DNA of 64,000 nt from positions 32,001-96,000 of the forward strand of contig CAVSGI010000006.1 of NCBI GenBank assembly GCA_963727445.1. The letters run 5' to 3'. Positions 47,117 through 58,550 of this stretch are shown one piece after another. Source of the DNA: an uncultured delta proteobacterium. Its GTDB lineage: Bacteria > Myxococcota_A > Polyangia > Polyangiales > B10-G4. Made by a program: the position numbers and the translations under genes. Below the pieces are notes generated by a model. That model did not search any database, was not told where the DNA came from, and saw nothing but the letters and a program-made list of their open reading frames with translations. Each line of letters starts with the position of its first letter. The first letter of the stretch is position 1.

Positions 47117-47680
47117 AAGGCTCGGGGCGCGGAGCGCACGGCCACGCAGAGAGCTGCGCAGCAGCGCGGCGCGAGGACGGGAGCAGAGCGCGCCGAGCCG
47201 GGAGTGCGGACCGTCCAATAGAAGGCTCGGGGCGCGGAGCGCACGGCCACGCAGAGAGCTGCGCAGCAGCGCGGCGCGAGGACGGGAGCAGAGCGCGCCG
47301 AGCCGGGAGTGCGGACCGTCCTGTAGAAGGCTCGGGGCGCGGAGCGCACGGCCACGCAGAGAGCTGCGCAGCAGCGCGGCGCGAGGACGGGAGCAGAGCG
47401 CGCCGAGCCGGGAGTGCGGACCGTCCAATAGAAGGCTCGGGGCGCGGAGCGCACGGCCACGCAGAGAGCTGCGCAGCAGCGCGGCGCGAGGACGGGAGCA
47501 GAGCGCGCCGAGCCGGGAGTGCGGACCGTCCTGTAGAAGGCTCGGGGCGCGGAGCGCACGGCCACGCAGAGAGCTGCGCAGCAGCGCGGCGCGAGGACGG
47601 GAGCAGAGCGCGCCGAGCCGGGAGTGCGGACCGTCCAATAGAAGGCTCGGGGCGCGGAGCGTACGGCCACGCAGAGAGCC
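47113..47680. repeat. Five and a half tandem 105-bp REP-like units between convergent genes
   Basis: GGCTCGG at 47119, 47224, 47329, 47434, 47539 and 47644; alternating CTGTAG/CAATAG junctions. Confidence 0.93.
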
Positions 47681-47694
47681 GCGGCAGGTACGGT

Positions 47695-48225
47695 CTACTT
47701 TTCCTTCGGCGGGGTGGAGCTCACGCGCTGGTAGTTGTCGGCGACGCTGGTGACGAACTGTGCCACCAGCCCGTCGGCGACACGAAGGCGCCGGCTGAGC
47801 TCGCGGGCGATGTTCATGATGAACAGGGCGTAGCTCTTGAGGTCCTTGCGGTACAAGAGGCGCTCGACGTCCTCGCCCGTCACCTCGAGCACCATCGTCG
47901 GGGCGACCGCGCGCACCGTGGCCGAGCGCGGCTGCGGGTCGACGATCGCCATCTCGCCGAACCAGTCCCCCGGTCCGAAGAGCGCCACCCGAACGTCGCC
48001 GCCGCCGGCGGTCTGTTTGACCACCTCGAGCTCGCCGCCGATCACCACGTACATCTCGCGGGCGGTGCCGCCTTCGGCGACCACCACCTCGCCGGTCTCG
48101 ATGTGCTTGGTGGGAAGCTCGCGCGCGAGCAGGGTCAGCGTCTCGTCCGACAGGCCCCCGAACAGGCCCACGTCTCGAAGCATCGCTGCGTTGATCTTGG
48201 GTGCCGGTCGCTCGGAGGCGCTCAT
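47695..48225 (-). CDS. Cyclic nucleotide-binding domain protein (stand-alone)
   Basis: LFGGL and FGEMAIVDPQPRSATV phosphate-binding cassette. Confidence 0.9.
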   Translation of the reverse strand: MSASERPAPKINAAMLRDVGLFGGLSDETLTLLARELPTKHIETGEVVVAEGGTAREMYVVIGGELEVVKQTAGGGDVRVALFGPGDWFGEMAIVDPQPRSATVRAVAPTMVLEVTGEDVERLLYRKDLKSYALFIMNIARELSRRLRVADGLVAQFVTSVADNYQRVSSTPPKEK

Positions 48226-48370
48226 GGCGCGGATCGTCCGCGTCCCGCCAGCACAATTCAAGGGTCCTGACACGGCAAACGACCGCACTCTTAAGCGCAT
48301 GCCGCTTTACCTGGTGGGCATCGAGCCGCTAACCTGACGGGCTGAATAGGCTTTTTGCACCCTCGAGAAG

Positions 48371-50740
48371 TTGGTCCACAGCCCCGATGCCCTCGATCTG
48401 CCCCGGGAGTTCGGGGCGTACACCCTGCTCAAGCGCCTTGCCGTCGGTGGGATGGCCGAGGTGTATGTCGCGAAGGCGCAGGGCATCGGCGGCTTCGAGA
48501 AGCTCGTCGCCATCAAGGTCATCCACCCGCGCCTGAGCGAGGACGAGCACTTCATCCAGATGTTGGTGGAGGAGGCCAAGCTCTCGGTCGTCCTCACCCA
48601 CGGCAACATCGCCCAGACCTTCGACCTGGGATGCATCGACGACACCTACTTCATCGTGATGGAGTACGTCGACGGCGCCGACACCTATCGAATTCTCAAG
48701 CGCGCCGAGGCGCAAGAGAAGCAGATGCCGCTCGACATCTGCGCCTACGTGGTGAGCGAGGTCGCGAACGGCCTCGACTACGCGCACCGCAAGCGTGACT
48801 CCTCGGGCAAGCCGCTGAACGTCGTCCACCGGGACATCTCCCCGCAGAACGTCCTGATCAGTCATACCGGCGAAGTGAAGATCGTCGACTTCGGGATCGC
48901 CAAGGCGGCGCATCGCACCGGGCAGACCGAAGCAGGCGTCATCAAGGGCAAGTACTACTACATGTCGCCCGAGCAGGCCTGGGGCGATCCCCTCGATCAC
49001 CGCAGCGACATCTTCTCGCTCGGCGTCGTCCTCTACGAGCTCCTCACCGGCGAGATGCTCTATCAGGAGGACAACATCCCTGCGCTGCTCGACCGCGTGC
49101 GCAAGGCCGACGTTCTGCCGCCATCGCTGCGGCGCCCCGAGGTCCCGACCACCCTCGAAGAGGTCGTGCTCAAGGCCTGCGCCAAGAAGCCCGAGGACCG
49201 TTACCAGTCGGCCCACGAGATGTCGCAGGCGCTGTCGACCTTCCTCTACACCGTGAGCCCCTCCTTCAGCGCTCAGCGCCTCGCCGACTACATGGGCGAG
49301 CTCTTCGGCGAACAGGTTCCGAAGTCGGGCGAGCGCAAGGCGCCGAAGGCGGAGGCGCGACCCGCGCCGCCCCCGGTGCGCGCGGACGACAATCAGACGG
49401 CGCGGCTGTCGGCGATGAGCCTGGCCGACTTCTCCCCCAAGGTGAACAGCGTCATCTTCGACCTCGACGACGAAGAGGGCGAGACGAGCGCCGACATCGA
49501 GCCCTACCGCCGCTCCATCCAGGATCCCACGAAGGAGCTCGCGAAGACGGACGTCGAGCACAAGATGGTGGACGAGGAGGAGGACGAGGAGACCCTCATC
49601 CACAATCGCGTCGCCCAGGATCACTGGGACGCCACCACCAGCCGGAAGGACGGCGCCTGGGACGATTCCACCGCCGTCGACGACCGGGAGGAGCTGGCGA
49701 TCCCGCCGCCGCGACGCCTCCCCCAGCCCCCTTTGGGCAAGCGCCGCCCCATCCCCCGCGCGACGCCTCCCGCGCGGCCCTCGGCCCATCCGCCACCCCC
49801 GGCGATCCCTCGGCCCTCTGCGGCCGCCAAGAGCGCGCGCCCGCCCGCGCCGCCGCCGCCCAACCGACCGAACCCCGTGAGCCCCCCAGTCGCGCCTCCG
49901 CCGGCCCAGCGGCCCACCTTTCCGAAGGAGGCGCCCGGCCACGCACCCGTCGAGGCCGCCTCGCCCTGGCCCCCGCCGGCGGTGCGCGTGCCCTCCCAGG
50001 CCCCGGCGCCCGCACCCGCCTGGCCCACGCCGACGCCCGCGCCCGCGCCTTTGGCGGCGGCGGAGCCGCCCACCGCCGAGAAGACGAGCATCCCCGCGCC
50101 CGGCGGCTCGCCCACCGCTTCACTGTCCGCGCCCAATCCCTTCACCGCCCGTCCCGACTACGTCGGCGAGACGGAGCTCCTGCCGCGCCAGCGCCACATG
50201 CTGCTGCTGCGCATCGCGCTCGGTGTGGGCGCCGGCCTCGCGGTGGTGGCGCTCATCGTGCTCATCGCCGTGCTCACGAGCGGCGAGCCCACCCCCGACT
50301 CGACGGTGGAGGTGATCTCGGTTCCCTCCGGAGCCTCGGTGCTCCTCGACGGCACCGAGCTCCCCGCGGTGACGCCGCTGGTGATCTCCGATGGGCTCGA
50401 GATCGGCCGCATGCAGCGCATCGAGGTGCAGCTCGACGGCTACGAGGTCTGGACCACCACCTTCCAGCCCATCGACGGAACGCTCAAGCAGATCGCGGTC
50501 CTGTCGCCGCTGCGCGCGACGCTGCACGTGCGCACCGAGCCCGCCGCTCACGTGTGGATCGACGGGGTGCTCTTCGGCTCCTCCCCGGTGGAGGTGCCGA
50601 ACAGAGAGATCGGGAGCGAGGTTCACGTGCGTGCGTCGCTCATGGGTCGCGACGACGTGGAGCAGACGGTGACCATCACCGCCGCCGACCTGAACCCGAC
50701 CATCACGCTCCGCCTTCCCGACGCGAGCGAAGAGCCGTAG
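48371..50740 (+). CDS. Ser/Thr protein kinase with Pro-rich linker, TM and PEGA domains
   Basis: GGMAEV, AIK, HRDISPQN, DFG and YMSPEQ motifs; C-terminal SVPSGASV PEGA repeats. Confidence 0.95.
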   Translation: MVHSPDALDLPREFGAYTLLKRLAVGGMAEVYVAKAQGIGGFEKLVAIKVIHPRLSEDEHFIQMLVEEAKLSVVLTHGNIAQTFDLGCIDDTYFIVMEYVDGADTYRILKRAEAQEKQMPLDICAYVVSEVANGLDYAHRKRDSSGKPLNVVHRDISPQNVLISHTGEVKIVDFGIAKAAHRTGQTEAGVIKGKYYYMSPEQAWGDPLDHRSDIFSLGVVLYELLTGEMLYQEDNIPALLDRVRKADVLPPSLRRPEVPTTLEEVVLKACAKKPEDRYQSAHEMSQALSTFLYTVSPSFSAQRLADYMGELFGEQVPKSGERKAPKAEARPAPPPVRADDNQTARLSAMSLADFSPKVNSVIFDLDDEEGETSADIEPYRRSIQDPTKELAKTDVEHKMVDEEEDEETLIHNRVAQDHWDATTSRKDGAWDDSTAVDDREELAIPPPRRLPQPPLGKRRPIPRATPPARPSAHPPPPAIPRPSAAAKSARPPAPPPPNRPNPVSPPVAPPPAQRPTFPKEAPGHAPVEAASPWPPPAVRVPSQAPAPAPAWPTPTPAPAPLAAAEPPTAEKTSIPAPGGSPTASLSAPNPFTARPDYVGETELLPRQRHMLLLRIALGVGAGLAVVALIVLIAVLTSGEPTPDSTVEVISVPSGASVLLDGTELPAVTPLVISDGLEIGRMQRIEVQLDGYEVWTTTFQPIDGTLKQIAVLSPLRATLHVRTEPAAHVWIDGVLFGSSPVEVPNREIGSEVHVRASLMGRDDVEQTVTITAADLNPTITLRLPDASEEP

Positions 50741-50743
50741 CGC

Positions 50744-51601
50744 TCAGCTCGCCGGGGCTTCGAGCAGGATGTTGTCGATGAGCCGGGTGGTGCCCAGATG
50801 GGCGGCGGCGGCGATGAGGATGCGCGTGGCGCCGGAGGCGGCTTTCGCGAAGGTGTCGGGGTCGACGGCGGTGACGTAATCGACCCGGTCGAAGACCGGC
50901 GCGATCTCGGCGCGCGCCGCCTCGACCAGCGCTTCGGGATCGCGGCTGCCTTCGGCGAAGCGGGCACCGGCGGCGCGCAGGCCGCGGATGATGGCGATGG
51001 CGCGGGCGCGCTGCTCGGGCGTCAGGTAGTGGTTACGAGAGGACAGGGCGAGGCCGTCCTCTTCGCGCACGGTCGCCGCCGTCACGATGCGCGCGCGGAT
51101 GTCCAGGTCGGCGGTCATCCGGCGGATGATGGCCTGCTGCTGAAAGTCCTTCTGGCCGAAGACCGCGACACAGGGCGACACCAGATTGAGGAGCTTGGTG
51201 ACGACGGTGGTGACGCCGTCGAAGTGGCCTGGCCGGTGCGCGCCCTCGAGGGAGTCGGTGAGGCCGGTGACGCGTACCGTGGTGGCGAAGCCATCGCCGT
51301 ACATCTCGCTGACGCTGGGCGCGAAGACCAGGTCCACGTCGAGCGCGGTGAGGGCCTCGACGTCGGCTTCGAGGGTGCGCGGATAGCGATCGAAATCCTC
51401 GCCTTCGCCGAACTGCAGCGGGTTGACGAAGATGGTGGCCACGAGGAAGGTCGCGCCCTCGGCGCGGGCCTTTGCCACGAGCGAGAGGTGCCCTTCGTGG
51501 AGCGCGCCCATGGTCGGCACCACCCCCACCACGCGCCCCTCGGCGCGCGCCTCGTCACAGGCCCCCGTGACCTCGGCCCGCGTGTGGACGACCCGGGTCA
51601 A
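50744..51601 (-). CDS. panC: Pantoate-beta-alanine ligase
   Basis: [36 protein letters not shown] and RLIDN motifs. Confidence 0.97.
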   Translation of the reverse strand: MTRVVHTRAEVTGACDEARAEGRVVGVVPTMGALHEGHLSLVAKARAEGATFLVATIFVNPLQFGEGEDFDRYPRTLEADVEALTALDVDLVFAPSVSEMYGDGFATTVRVTGLTDSLEGAHRPGHFDGVTTVVTKLLNLVSPCVAVFGQKDFQQQAIIRRMTADLDIRARIVTAATVREEDGLALSSRNHYLTPEQRARAIAIIRGLRAAGARFAEGSRDPEALVEAARAEIAPVFDRVDYVTAVDPDTFAKAASGATRILIAAAAHLGTTRLIDNILLEAPAS

Positions 51602-51607
51602 CGGGCG

Positions 51608-52503
<896 letters not shown>

Positions 52504-52627
52504 GGGCTTTCTCTTTTTCTCTATCGGTCGCGGCCGGGCGATTTCCCGGTCCACGCCGCTACACCCGGAACTTAGAGCGCTTCGGCGGCGAGCGCAACGG
52601 GACGATTCTGCCGAAATCGCGAAGGAA

Positions 52628-53035
52628 TCACCCCGCGCGCAGCTGGCGGCGCCGAAGGAAGAGGGCGATCGCACCGACGGGCGTCATCGACGCCATCACG
52701 GCCCAGCGCACGGCCAGAATGCTCTTCACGCCGGCGAGCTCGCGCATGAAGAGGATCTCGCCCGCCTCCGCGGCCGCCTCCGGGGACTGGTCGAGGCGGA
52801 AGAGGGTGAGCGGGGCGGTCGTCGCCACGAAGCCGATTGTCAGCGCCACCGTCACCCTCAGCACCCAGGCGAGGGTGTCGTCCTCGGGCACGCGGTGGGT
52901 GCCGATGGCGCACACGAGGATCGCGGCCGCGGGTGCGAGCGCCACTCCCCAGCTCGGCAAGTAGCCACCGAGGAACGCGGCGATGGCCGCCCCCAACATG
53001 ATCCCGACCGTCCAGCCGAGCGGCTCGAGGCTCAT
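52628..53035 (-). CDS. Hypothetical membrane protein
   Basis: About four hydrophobic segments; ATGA overlap with the upstream TPR gene. Confidence 0.65.
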   Translation of the reverse strand: MSLEPLGWTVGIMLGAAIAAFLGGYLPSWGVALAPAAAILVCAIGTHRVPEDDTLAWVLRVTVALTIGFVATTAPLTLFRLDQSPEAAAEAGEILFMRELAGVKSILAVRWAVMASMTPVGAIALFLRRRQLRAG

Positions 53036-54291
53036 CCGTCTTCGCCGAGGGCGGCGAGCAACTCGGCGATCTCCGTCTTGTCGTCGGAGTCGTCCTCCGC
53101 CAGCGCCAGGGCTCGCTCCAGCATGCGCCGCGCCTCCCCTTCGAGGCCGAGCTCGGTGAGCAGCCGCCCCGCCTCGCGGTGATAGCGCAGGTGGTTCGCC
53201 CGGTCGGGGCCCTGGCTCAGCATGCGCCACAGGTCGGCCGCGCGCTGCGGGTTGTCGTGCTTCTCGTGGAGCTCCGCCAGGGTGGTGGTGGTGCGGATCG
53301 GGAAGGCGGTGATGCTCTGACTGGTCAGGAACTCGAGCGAGGATTCGAAGACCTCGATCGCCTGCGCGTCCTGACCATCGTCGTGGAGCGCGAGGCCGAG
53401 CTCTTCGAGGATGGCGACGTCGGGGCGCATGCCCATGAGGTCGGCCGCCATCTGCAGCACCTCGACCGCCTCGCTGGCCCGGCCCTTGTCGCGAAGGTAG
53501 CGGCCCAGGGCCAGGAGCGGCCGCGGGTCTTCGTCGAAGAAGGCCGCCGCGTCTTCGAGCTCGCCGATGGCGGCTTCGATGTCGCCGCGCGCGTCGGCGA
53601 GGCGCGCCAGGTTGGCGTGGGCCGCGAGCCGACCCTCGCCGCCCTCGTCGTCTTCGAGGAGCTCGAGGAAGGTGCGGAACGCTTCCTCTGCCGCCTCGTC
53701 GTCCTCGTCGAGCATCCGCCCACGGCCCACCTCGAGCCACAGGTACACCGGCGCCTCGGCTTCTTCGAGGATCGCTTCGAACAGGGGACGGGCGCTCTTG
53801 GGCTCGTCGCCGAAGAGCGCGAGGAGCGCGTCGGTCATCGCGTCGCCGTACTCGGCGTACTCCTCGTCCTGGGCGGGCTCCCAGGTGCCGGCAATCGCGG
53901 CGAGGCGGTCCTGGTCGGTCACCTCTTCCTCGGCAGCGGCGGTGACGGCGTCGGCGCGCTCCATGTCGTAGAGGAGCTCTTCGGCGCGGGCTTTGATCTC
54001 CGCGTCGTGCACCACCTCGAGGGCGCCTTCGAGATCGCTGCGCGCCAAATCCAGGTGTCCGGCTTCGATGTGGCTCTCGGCTTCGGCGATTCGCTCCTCG
54101 GCGATGCCGTCGCAGCTCGCGGCGATGCGCTCACCGAGCTCGGCGCGCACGGCCTCGTCGCGCGCCTTGTCGCTCGCTTTCTCGAAGGCGAGCTTCGCCT
54201 GGCCGAAGCGGCCGGCTTCGAAGTGCGCCTCGCCTTCCTTGCGGTGGTCGTCGAGGCTCATGCCTCCGAACATGCGCTTGAGCAGGGACAT
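53032..54291 (-). CDS. Tetratricopeptide repeat protein
   Basis: Repeated helical A..LG/A...Y/F..AL patterns; start overlaps the upstream stop. Confidence 0.8.
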   Translation of the reverse strand: MSLLKRMFGGMSLDDHRKEGEAHFEAGRFGQAKLAFEKASDKARDEAVRAELGERIAASCDGIAEERIAEAESHIEAGHLDLARSDLEGALEVVHDAEIKARAEELLYDMERADAVTAAAEEEVTDQDRLAAIAGTWEPAQDEEYAEYGDAMTDALLALFGDEPKSARPLFEAILEEAEAPVYLWLEVGRGRMLDEDDEAAEEAFRTFLELLEDDEGGEGRLAAHANLARLADARGDIEAAIGELEDAAAFFDEDPRPLLALGRYLRDKGRASEAVEVLQMAADLMGMRPDVAILEELGLALHDDGQDAQAIEVFESSLEFLTSQSITAFPIRTTTTLAELHEKHDNPQRAADLWRMLSQGPDRANHLRYHREAGRLLTELGLEGEARRMLERALALAEDDSDDKTEIAELLAALGEDG

Positions 54292-55439
54292 CAGCGCCGG
54301 CCTTTCGTCTTCTTCTCGTGTCTCTGAATCGCGGCCTGCTTGAGGGGCCCTGCGATGTTGCGGCTGCGGGTGAGGGTCTTGAGGTCGTTGTCCCGTAGAT
54401 GCGACAGGTACTTCAGCGACGTGGCGAAAGGGGTCTTCGCGTTGAAGACCAGCGCGCGCTTCACCTCGTAGCTGCCGACCCACTTCTTCTTGTCGCCTAT
54501 GAACCGGAGAATTTCCTCGCCGACCTCTTTGCTCTTGGCGATGGACGCAGCCTCGCCCGCGGTCATCTTGGGCGAGCTGATCGCAGCCTTGGCGACGGAC
54601 TTGTTGTGATCGCGCACCAGGATGGAACGGGCGGCGGCGCCACCGATCACCGCCATGCGGATCTTCTCCTGCTTCTTCATCCCGTCGATCCGCTGGCGGA
54701 GCGGAAGGAACTTCTCCTTCATCGTCTCCTTCAGCTTTTCGCGGTCGTTCCTGTCCCGCTCCTCCTCGACGGCGTCCTCCTGCTCGTCGTCGGCGGCGAG
54801 CGCCTCCTGGAACGCGACGTCGGAGGGTAGCGGCTCGTCGCCCTCGGGCTCCATGATGAGCTCGCCCTGGATCGCCTCGACGTGATCATGAAACGACGGG
54901 ATGCCTTCGAGGACCACGCCGTTGCGCGCGCAGAGCTCGATCAGCCGGTCTGCGGTGCTCATACGCGTGTTGGCGTTCTTGTAGAGCGCTTCGATGATCT
55001 TGGGCGCGGCGAGGATGCGCTGCTGGTTGACGGCGATCGCTTCGCTGATGCTCTCGGAGCAGTGAAGGGCGATGCGCTCGATCGTGTAATCCGCGGTGCC
55101 GCGGTTCATCACCAGCAGCTCGAGGACGTCGTCGCGATCGGGGAAGCGATCGGCGAGGCCGTCGAGGATGGCGATGTGTAGCGGGGCGCTGCACGCGGCG
55201 TGGAGCACGCCTTCGGGCAGGTTCGAGAGGGTGTCGCGCGCCGAGTTGGCGATGTTCTGATCGGCGTCGGCGCCGAGCTGGACCAGGAGAGTGACGAGGT
55301 CGCCGCCCTTGACGGGGACGAGACCCTTGGCGGCCATCGTGCGCGCGGGACCCGGGGCCTTCGGGTCTCCGAATCGCCGCAGGCCCTCCGGGAGCTCCGA
55401 CGCCGGCAGTGGGAGCGAGGGGACGGTCATGGGAGGCAT
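54291..55439 (-). CDS. Conserved hypothetical helical-repeat protein
   Basis: MAAKGLVP, EKIRMA..G...R.IL.RD.NK.V and LVFNAKTP patterns; strong coding signature. Confidence 0.8.
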   Translation of the reverse strand: MPPMTVPSLPLPASELPEGLRRFGDPKAPGPARTMAAKGLVPVKGGDLVTLLVQLGADADQNIANSARDTLSNLPEGVLHAACSAPLHIAILDGLADRFPDRDDVLELLVMNRGTADYTIERIALHCSESISEAIAVNQQRILAAPKIIEALYKNANTRMSTADRLIELCARNGVVLEGIPSFHDHVEAIQGELIMEPEGDEPLPSDVAFQEALAADDEQEDAVEEERDRNDREKLKETMKEKFLPLRQRIDGMKKQEKIRMAVIGGAAARSILVRDHNKSVAKAAISSPKMTAGEAASIAKSKEVGEEILRFIGDKKKWVGSYEVKRALVFNAKTPFATSLKYLSHLRDNDLKTLTRSRNIAGPLKQAAIQRHEKKTKGRR

Positions 55440-55495
55440 AGTGCCGATAATCCACGGGTGGATCTACGACAACGCGTACCTGCGCCCCCGCGCCG

Positions 55496-56284
55496 CTACC
55501 GCCCTTCGAACACCGGCGGGCGCTTCTCGAGGAGCGCAGCCATCCCCTCGGCCGCGTCCTCGGTGGCGAGGCTCTCGGCCTGGGCGAAGGCTTCTTCCCA
55601 GGCCGCGTCGCGGACCTCCCAGGCGAGATATCGCCTCAGGCTCTTCTTCATCGTCCGGATCGCGTAGGGCGCCGCCTCGGCCACGAGCCCCGCGCGTTCC
55701 ATCGCGGTGGGGAGCACCGCTTCGGGCGCCACCGCCTGCGACACAAGCCCCATCGCGTGCGCCTCGTCGCCTCGGACCAGGCGGCCCGTGAAGAGCAGGT
55801 CCGCCGCGTGGGCCGCTCCGACGATGCGCGGCAAGAGATAGCTGATGCCGAGCCCGGAGTGAAAGCCGAGGCGCGCGAAGTTCGCCCCGTACTTGGCCTC
55901 CCGGTTGCCGAAGCGGAGATCGCAGAGCAGGGCGAGGCCGAAGCCGCCGCCCACCGCGTGGCCGTTCAGGGCGCCGATCACGGGCACCTCGATGTCGAGC
56001 ACGCGGAGGAAGGGCTCGTACATGGCGAAGGAGCGCTCGTGAGGTCGCATCGGGCGCTCGCCCCCTGCCACCTGCAGGGTCGATTTGAAGTCGGCGCCGG
56101 CGCTGAAGCAACGCCCCTCGCCGGTGATGACCACCACGCGCGCCTCGCGATCGGCGAGGGCGCTGTCCACCGCCGCGTCGAAGGCGGCGAGAAGCTCGGG
56201 GGTCATGCTGTTGCGATTGTCGGGGCGCGCGAGGGTGACGACCCCGATGCGATCGCGTTGGTGGTAGCGGACGGCATCACTCAT
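55496..56284 (-). CDS. Enoyl-CoA hydratase/isomerase family protein
   Basis: FSAGAD and NGHAVGGGFGLAL.CD motifs. Confidence 0.92.
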   Translation of the reverse strand: MSDAVRYHQRDRIGVVTLARPDNRNSMTPELLAAFDAAVDSALADREARVVVITGEGRCFSAGADFKSTLQVAGGERPMRPHERSFAMYEPFLRVLDIEVPVIGALNGHAVGGGFGLALLCDLRFGNREAKYGANFARLGFHSGLGISYLLPRIVGAAHAADLLFTGRLVRGDEAHAMGLVSQAVAPEAVLPTAMERAGLVAEAAPYAIRTMKKSLRRYLAWEVRDAAWEEAFAQAESLATEDAAEGMAALLEKRPPVFEGR

Positions 56285-56474
56285 GGGGCGGCAGAGTAAC
56301 GTCTCCGCCACTGTCGAGGGGTTGTTGCTGGTGCATGGAGGAGGAACGCCGAGAACCCGAATTACTCACGAAATTCACCGGTTCCCACGTTGAAAGGGTG
56401 TAGGGCCGTGTCATACTGCCGCGTTGGCGTTTTAGCGTTTCCGCCCTCTCGTACGAGAGGGGCGTCCGAAGGCG

Positions 56475-58538
56475 GTGCACGTGATCAGGTCTTGGCTTCT
56501 GGTGTGGACGTTCGCTCTCTTTCTCGCGGCTTGCGGGGACGACTCGACCACCGACGCGGGTGACGCGGGCGGCGACTCCGCCATGGACGCCCCCATGGAC
56601 GCGATGATCCCGGACAGCGCGGAGCGCTGCGAGACCGACGAGCAGTGCGACGACGCGATCCCCTGCACCACCGACGCGTGCCTGCCCGCGGGCTTCTGTC
56701 GCCACACGCCCGACAACGCATTCTGCAGCAACGACATCTTCTGCGACGGCGTCGAGATCTGCGACGTCCGCGCCGGCGGCTGCCGGATGGGCGACCCCAA
56801 CGCCTGCAACGACGACGACGTCTGCACCCTCGACCGCTGTGACGAGGAGTCGAAGACCTGCGTCCAGGTCCCGCGCGACTTCGACGAGGACGGCGCCGTG
56901 GACTGGCACTGCGAGGGCGGCACCGACTGTGACGACCGCAACCCGAACCTGTCGCCGCTGACCAACGAGGTCTGCGACGACATGCTCGACAACGACTGCG
57001 ACGGCATGGTCGACGAGTCGGGCTGCGGCCGCGCGCCGTACGACACCTGCGATGATCCCTTCGACGTCAGCGCGGGCGGCCGCTTCTTCATCAGCAACGA
57101 AGGCGCGATGGCGGACTACGGCCTGAGCTGTGCCGGCACGCGGCGTGACGTGGTCCTCACCTTCACCACCACCGAGGAGCACGACGTCAGCATCCGCGCC
57201 GACGGGGCGGGCGTGACCGCGGTGTCGCTGCGCACCACCTGCGACGACACCGTCAGCGAGCTCGAGTGCGAGAGCGGCTTCCCCGGGCAGGCGCGGGTGC
57301 GCTCGCTGCCGGCGGGCACCTATTTCGCCATCGTCAGCGACTCCGGCGTGGGCGAGATCGAGGTGCAGGTGGACTTCCTTCCGCCGACCGATCCGCCCAC
57401 CAACCAGACCTGCGCGTCGCCCGAGGACATCACGGGCGGCGGCACCTTCATGGGCTCGTTCCTCGACGTCTCGGACGACCTGATGATGAGCTGCGGCTTC
57501 AGCGGCCAGGCAGACCTCGTCTACTCCTTCACCACCACCGAGACGCAGGACGTGCGGGTGAACCTGGTGAGCGACACCAGCGACACCATGAACTTCGCCA
57601 TCCGCTCGACCTGCTCCGACGACGCCTCGACCCTGCGCTGCTCGCGCGGCGCGCCGGCGGGCTCCACCGTGCACGAGCTGCCGGCCGGCTCCTACTACCT
57701 GATCATCGAGGGGCCGTCCTTCCGCGAGGTCGACTACACCCTCGACGTGGAGTTCCTGGCGCCGACGCCCGCCGCAGAAGGCGACGTCTGCGCGAGCGCG
57801 ATCCCTCTGACCCTCGGCACGATGGAGCTCGGCACGCTCTCCGACAAGGAGGACGACATCGACGTCTCCTGCGGCTTCTACTATCGCGACGCCGTCTACA
57901 GCTTCACCACCACCAGCCGTCAGGACGTGACGGTCACCGTCGATGGCGGGGGCACGTACATGTACGTCGCGGTGCAGGGCACCTGCGGGGACGACTCGAC
58001 GCAGCTCCGCTGCACCTCCGGCAACCCGTCTCGCGCGCGCCTGAGAGACCTCGCCCCCGGCACCTACTACGTGATCGTAGAGAGCTTCCGCGGGACGAGC
58101 TTCAACATCACCGTCGACGCCACCGCGCCCACGATGGTCACGCCAGTCACGGGCAACGACGACTGCGCGAGCGCGTACACGGTCCCGCCGACGGGCGGGC
58201 TCTTCACCGGGAACACCTCCGGCTTGATGAACGACTACGAGACGAGCCTCTGCGGCGCGATGGCGCGTGCGCCCGACGCGGCGTTCTCGCTCACCCTCAC
58301 TACGCCCAAGCGCGTGGTGGCCAACACCGACGGCTCGTCCTTCGACACGGTGCTCCACGTCCACGAGCCGATGTGCGTCTCCATGTCGGAACGGTATTGC
58401 GACGACGACGGTGGGGACGGTTCGGCGAGCCTGATCGATCAGATGCTCACCGCGGGGACCTGGTACTTCGTCGTGGACGGCTTCGGAACGGCCTCCGCGG
58501 GGGACTACACTTTCGAAGTCCAGGTTTTCGACCCATGA
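56475..58538 (+). CDS. Cys-rich surface lipoprotein with DCDD metal-binding motif and PPC-like repeats
   Basis: Lipobox LAAC; DCDD.NP...EVCD..DNDCDG motif; repeated L.AGTY..IV. Confidence 0.85.
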   Translation: MHVIRSWLLVWTFALFLAACGDDSTTDAGDAGGDSAMDAPMDAMIPDSAERCETDEQCDDAIPCTTDACLPAGFCRHTPDNAFCSNDIFCDGVEICDVRAGGCRMGDPNACNDDDVCTLDRCDEESKTCVQVPRDFDEDGAVDWHCEGGTDCDDRNPNLSPLTNEVCDDMLDNDCDGMVDESGCGRAPYDTCDDPFDVSAGGRFFISNEGAMADYGLSCAGTRRDVVLTFTTTEEHDVSIRADGAGVTAVSLRTTCDDTVSELECESGFPGQARVRSLPAGTYFAIVSDSGVGEIEVQVDFLPPTDPPTNQTCASPEDITGGGTFMGSFLDVSDDLMMSCGFSGQADLVYSFTTTETQDVRVNLVSDTSDTMNFAIRSTCSDDASTLRCSRGAPAGSTVHELPAGSYYLIIEGPSFREVDYTLDVEFLAPTPAAEGDVCASAIPLTLGTMELGTLSDKEDDIDVSCGFYYRDAVYSFTTTSRQDVTVTVDGGGTYMYVAVQGTCGDDSTQLRCTSGNPSRARLRDLAPGTYYVIVESFRGTSFNITVDATAPTMVTPVTGNDDCASAYTVPPTGGLFTGNTSGLMNDYETSLCGAMARAPDAAFSLTLTTPKRVVANTDGSSFDTVLHVHEPMCVSMSERYCDDDGGDGSASLIDQMLTAGTWYFVVDGFGTASAGDYTFEVQVFDP

Positions 58539-58550
58539 TGGAGCTCAGCA

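Noticed and set aside
47113..47680. CRISPR array or repeat-protein ORFs (46796..48256, 47053..47670)
   Set aside because: There are no spacers; the ORFs arise because the 105-bp unit is a multiple of three, and they overlap real genes.
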